IMG/VR virus record: IMGVR_UViG_2061766007_000922
Strand: one strand, 5' to 3'
Length of the DNA: 20,000 bases
Source: an uncultured virus (IMG/VR IMGVR_UViG_2061766007_000922)
Taxonomy: Duplodnaviria; Heunggongvirae; Uroviricota; Caudoviricetes
Positions 17,593 through 20,000 of the stretch are shown piece after piece. Position 1 is the first letter of the stretch, and each line of letters starts with the position of its first letter. The translations under genes and the position numbers were made by a program. The notes under the pieces are model-generated. The model ran no database searches and was not told the origin of the DNA. It was given only the letters and a program-made list of their open reading frames with translations.

Positions 17593-19265
17593 TTACGTTG
17601 CCGGCGTCAGCGTTATGCGGTCGGTAGAAAGAACGGCGTAATCCGTGCTTGAAACGGGTATAGTGTCTGTCACATAGTTTGGGCTGTCCGTCAGATTTTC
17701 CGTCAATGCGACCTCTATCGAGCATTGGCCAACTCCAGGAACGCCGTAAATGCCTTGATAGATTCGGTCTGGAATTACGTCCTTTCCGATGTTGTACTCG
17801 ATGTCGGCCCACTGCAAGATTGCCGCCTTGAGCGTTTCTATGCCTGGGAACGTCTCTTCGTCATAGAGTCTGTACGTTATGCGCACCCAAAGATATTTTG
17901 CGCGTGGTCTCGAAAACGAGATCATCTGCCTGTCGCCATCTTCGTCAACAATTTCTACGGACGTGTTGCCNNNNNNNNNNATTAGCTCCTGTAAGACTGT
18001 TCTCGACGATTTACGTTGCCGGCGTCAGCGTTATTCGGTCTGTCGAAAGAACGGCGTAATCCGTGCTTGAAACGGGTATAGTTTCCGTCACATAGTTTGG
18101 GCTGTCCGTCAGATTTTCCGTCAATGCAACCTCTATCGAGCATTGGCCAACTCCAGGAACGCCGTAAATGCCTTGATANNNNNNNNNNNNNNNNNNNNNN
18201 NNNNNNNNNNNNNNNNNNNNNNNNNNNNNNNNNNNNNNNNNNNNNNNNNNNNNNNNNNNNNNNNNNNNNNNNNNNNNNNNNNNNNNNNNNNNNNNNNNNN
18301 NNNNNAATCATCTGCCTGTCGCCATCTTCGTCAACAATTTCTACGGACGTGTTGCCGTATGGCTGTATTCCGCTCGGCTGGTTCTTCCAAACGCACATTG
18401 CTACATCGTAATCATCGCCGCCACCTACAAGCGCCTCAAAGCTCTTCGGAGGTCGCCCCTCGTTGTCCGTTGTCATATTGCGGTTGCTCGTTACGGATGC
18501 CGCCGTTACGCCAGGAACATCGTTAAGAAGGTGCGCCTCGATTGACGGGTCTGTGCCGCAGGACTTGATGGATTGCGCATAGATTGCGCGCCTTACGCGA
18601 AGTTCATCGTCAGTTTCCGCATCACGGCCTGGAACGCCAACGACAAAATTATACACCGCGTCAAAACCGGTAACGGAGCCACTAACGGCATCGAGTTCCC
18701 CGATGTCGCAAGTCTGCAAGCCTTCGGTTACAGCGGTAAAAGAGCCTGTATTTCCGGCATAGATGTTGAAATTGTCCGGTAGCTGGCCCGTTATGCCTAC
18801 AGTAGAACCGTCAACCCATACGGCGAGCCGTCCGCCGTAAAATTCGGCCTTGCCTCCTGCTACAATGATAAGCTGGCGTAGCCTGTAAAGGTTGCTCTGT
18901 TCTGTCGAGTTGTTAAGCGTAACATCGCCAAAAGTGAAATGGAAAACGTAGTCCGTGTTCTTCTGGCTTCCGTCATCTTCAATCATGAGCTTTTCGCAAG
19001 CCGAACGGCTTACGGTAACGGAAGAATCAAGAGTAAAGTCAAGGTTGCCGCGTGTCCTTACGGCTGTAGCACCTTGAGGGATAGTAGCCGACGAATCGAG
19101 CGTGAAGGCGACTGCGTTCACTGAGCACGCCCTCGCAGACTGTCTCGTAATGCCGTTAAGGGCCGCCGCGAAGTCAAGCGAGACGCCTACGGCTTGCGCC
19201 GGGTCACGGCTTGAGAATACCTCGAAGGCGAGTTCCCAGGCATTCGAGAATCCGAGAGCGAGTTG
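17593..19265 (-). CDS. Baseplate J-like protein of the second variant (gapped; C-terminus present twice, stops at 17593 and 18011)
   Basis: QLALGFSNAWELAFEVFSSRDPAQAVGVSLD...GRDAETDDELRVRR...NQPSGIQPYGNTSV...ISFSRPR. Collinear homolog of 3167-4612. Confidence 0.85.
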
Positions 19266-19946
19266 NNNNNNNNNNNNNNNNNNNNNNNNNNNNNNNNNNN
19301 NNNNNNNNNNNNNNNNNNNNNNNNNNNNNNNNNNNNNNNNNNNNNNNNNNNNNNNNNNNNNNNNNNNNNNNNNNNNNNNNNNNNNNNNNNNNNNNNNNNN
19401 NNNNNNNNNNNNNNNNNNNNNNNNNNNNNNNNNNNNNNNNNNNNNNNNNNNNNNNNNNNNNNNNNNNNNNNNNNNNNNNNNNNNNNNNNNNNNNNNNNNN
19501 NNNNNNNNNNNNNNNNNNNNNNNNNNNNNNNNNNNNNNNNNNNNNNNNNNNNNNNNNNNNNNNNNNNNNNNNNNNNNNNNNNNNNNNNNNNNNNNNNNNN
19601 NNNNNNNNNNNNNNNNNNNNNNNNNNNNNNNNNNNNNNNNNNNNNNNNNNNNNNNNNNNNNNNNNNNNNNNNNNNNNNNNNNNNNNNNNNNNNNNNNNNN
19701 NNNNNNNNNNNNNNNNNNNNNNNNNNNNNNNNNNNNNNNNNNNNNNNNNNNNNNNNNNNNNNNNNNNNNNNNNNNNNNNNNNNNNNNNNNNNNNNNNNNN
19801 NNNNNNNNNNNNNNNNNNNNNNNNNNNNNNNNNNNNNNNNNNNNNNNNNNNNNNNNNNNNNNNNNNNNNNNNNNNNNNNNNNNNNNNNNNNNNNNNNNNN
19901 NNNNNNNNNNNNNNNNNNNNNNNNNNNNNNNNNNNNNNNNNNNNNN

Positions 19947-20000
19947 GGATCCCTCGACTTGCACGACTCCAATGTCAAGCGTTATCGTCATTGTCTTTAT
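19947..20000 (-). CDS. Fragment of a homolog of the 2396-2671 gene
   Basis: IKTMTITLDIGVVQVEGS vs IKTMTITIPIGGVVVT. Confidence 0.65.

Noticed and set aside
14838..20000. Inverted baseplate genes as an invertible segment or shufflon
   Set aside because: Orientation switches coincide with N gaps, and no invertase or inverted recombination sites were seen. Scaffolding of related phages explains it better.

Overview
A gappy scaffold (many 10-N joins with overlapping, slightly divergent flanks) from the tail/baseplate-to-lysis region of a contractile-tailed (myovirus-like) phage or prophage, with several related variants concatenated. The + strand carries baseplate hub, Gp138-like spike, wedge, baseplate J-like and DUF2612-like genes. 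These are followed by at least three alternative mosaic tail-appendage genes (one ending in an alpha/beta hydrolase, one in a calcineurin-like metallophosphoesterase), holin-like genes, DUF1353, a DUF5675 putative lysin and a RusA-like gene. The - strand end carries a second, divergent baseplate module whose DUF2612-like protein appears fused to BspA/DUF285-like leucine-rich repeats. The main finding is a diversity-generating retroelement (DGR) at about 12350-13236: a variable region (VR) at the 3' end of a C-type-lectin-like target, a GC-rich IMH-like segment, an 8-bp hairpin, an avd-like gene and a template repeat (TR). All 18 TR/VR mismatches over 90 nt fall at TR adenines. The reverse transcriptase and most of the target gene are not visible and probably lie in assembly gaps. 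Family assignments come from motif recognition by eye, not database searches.
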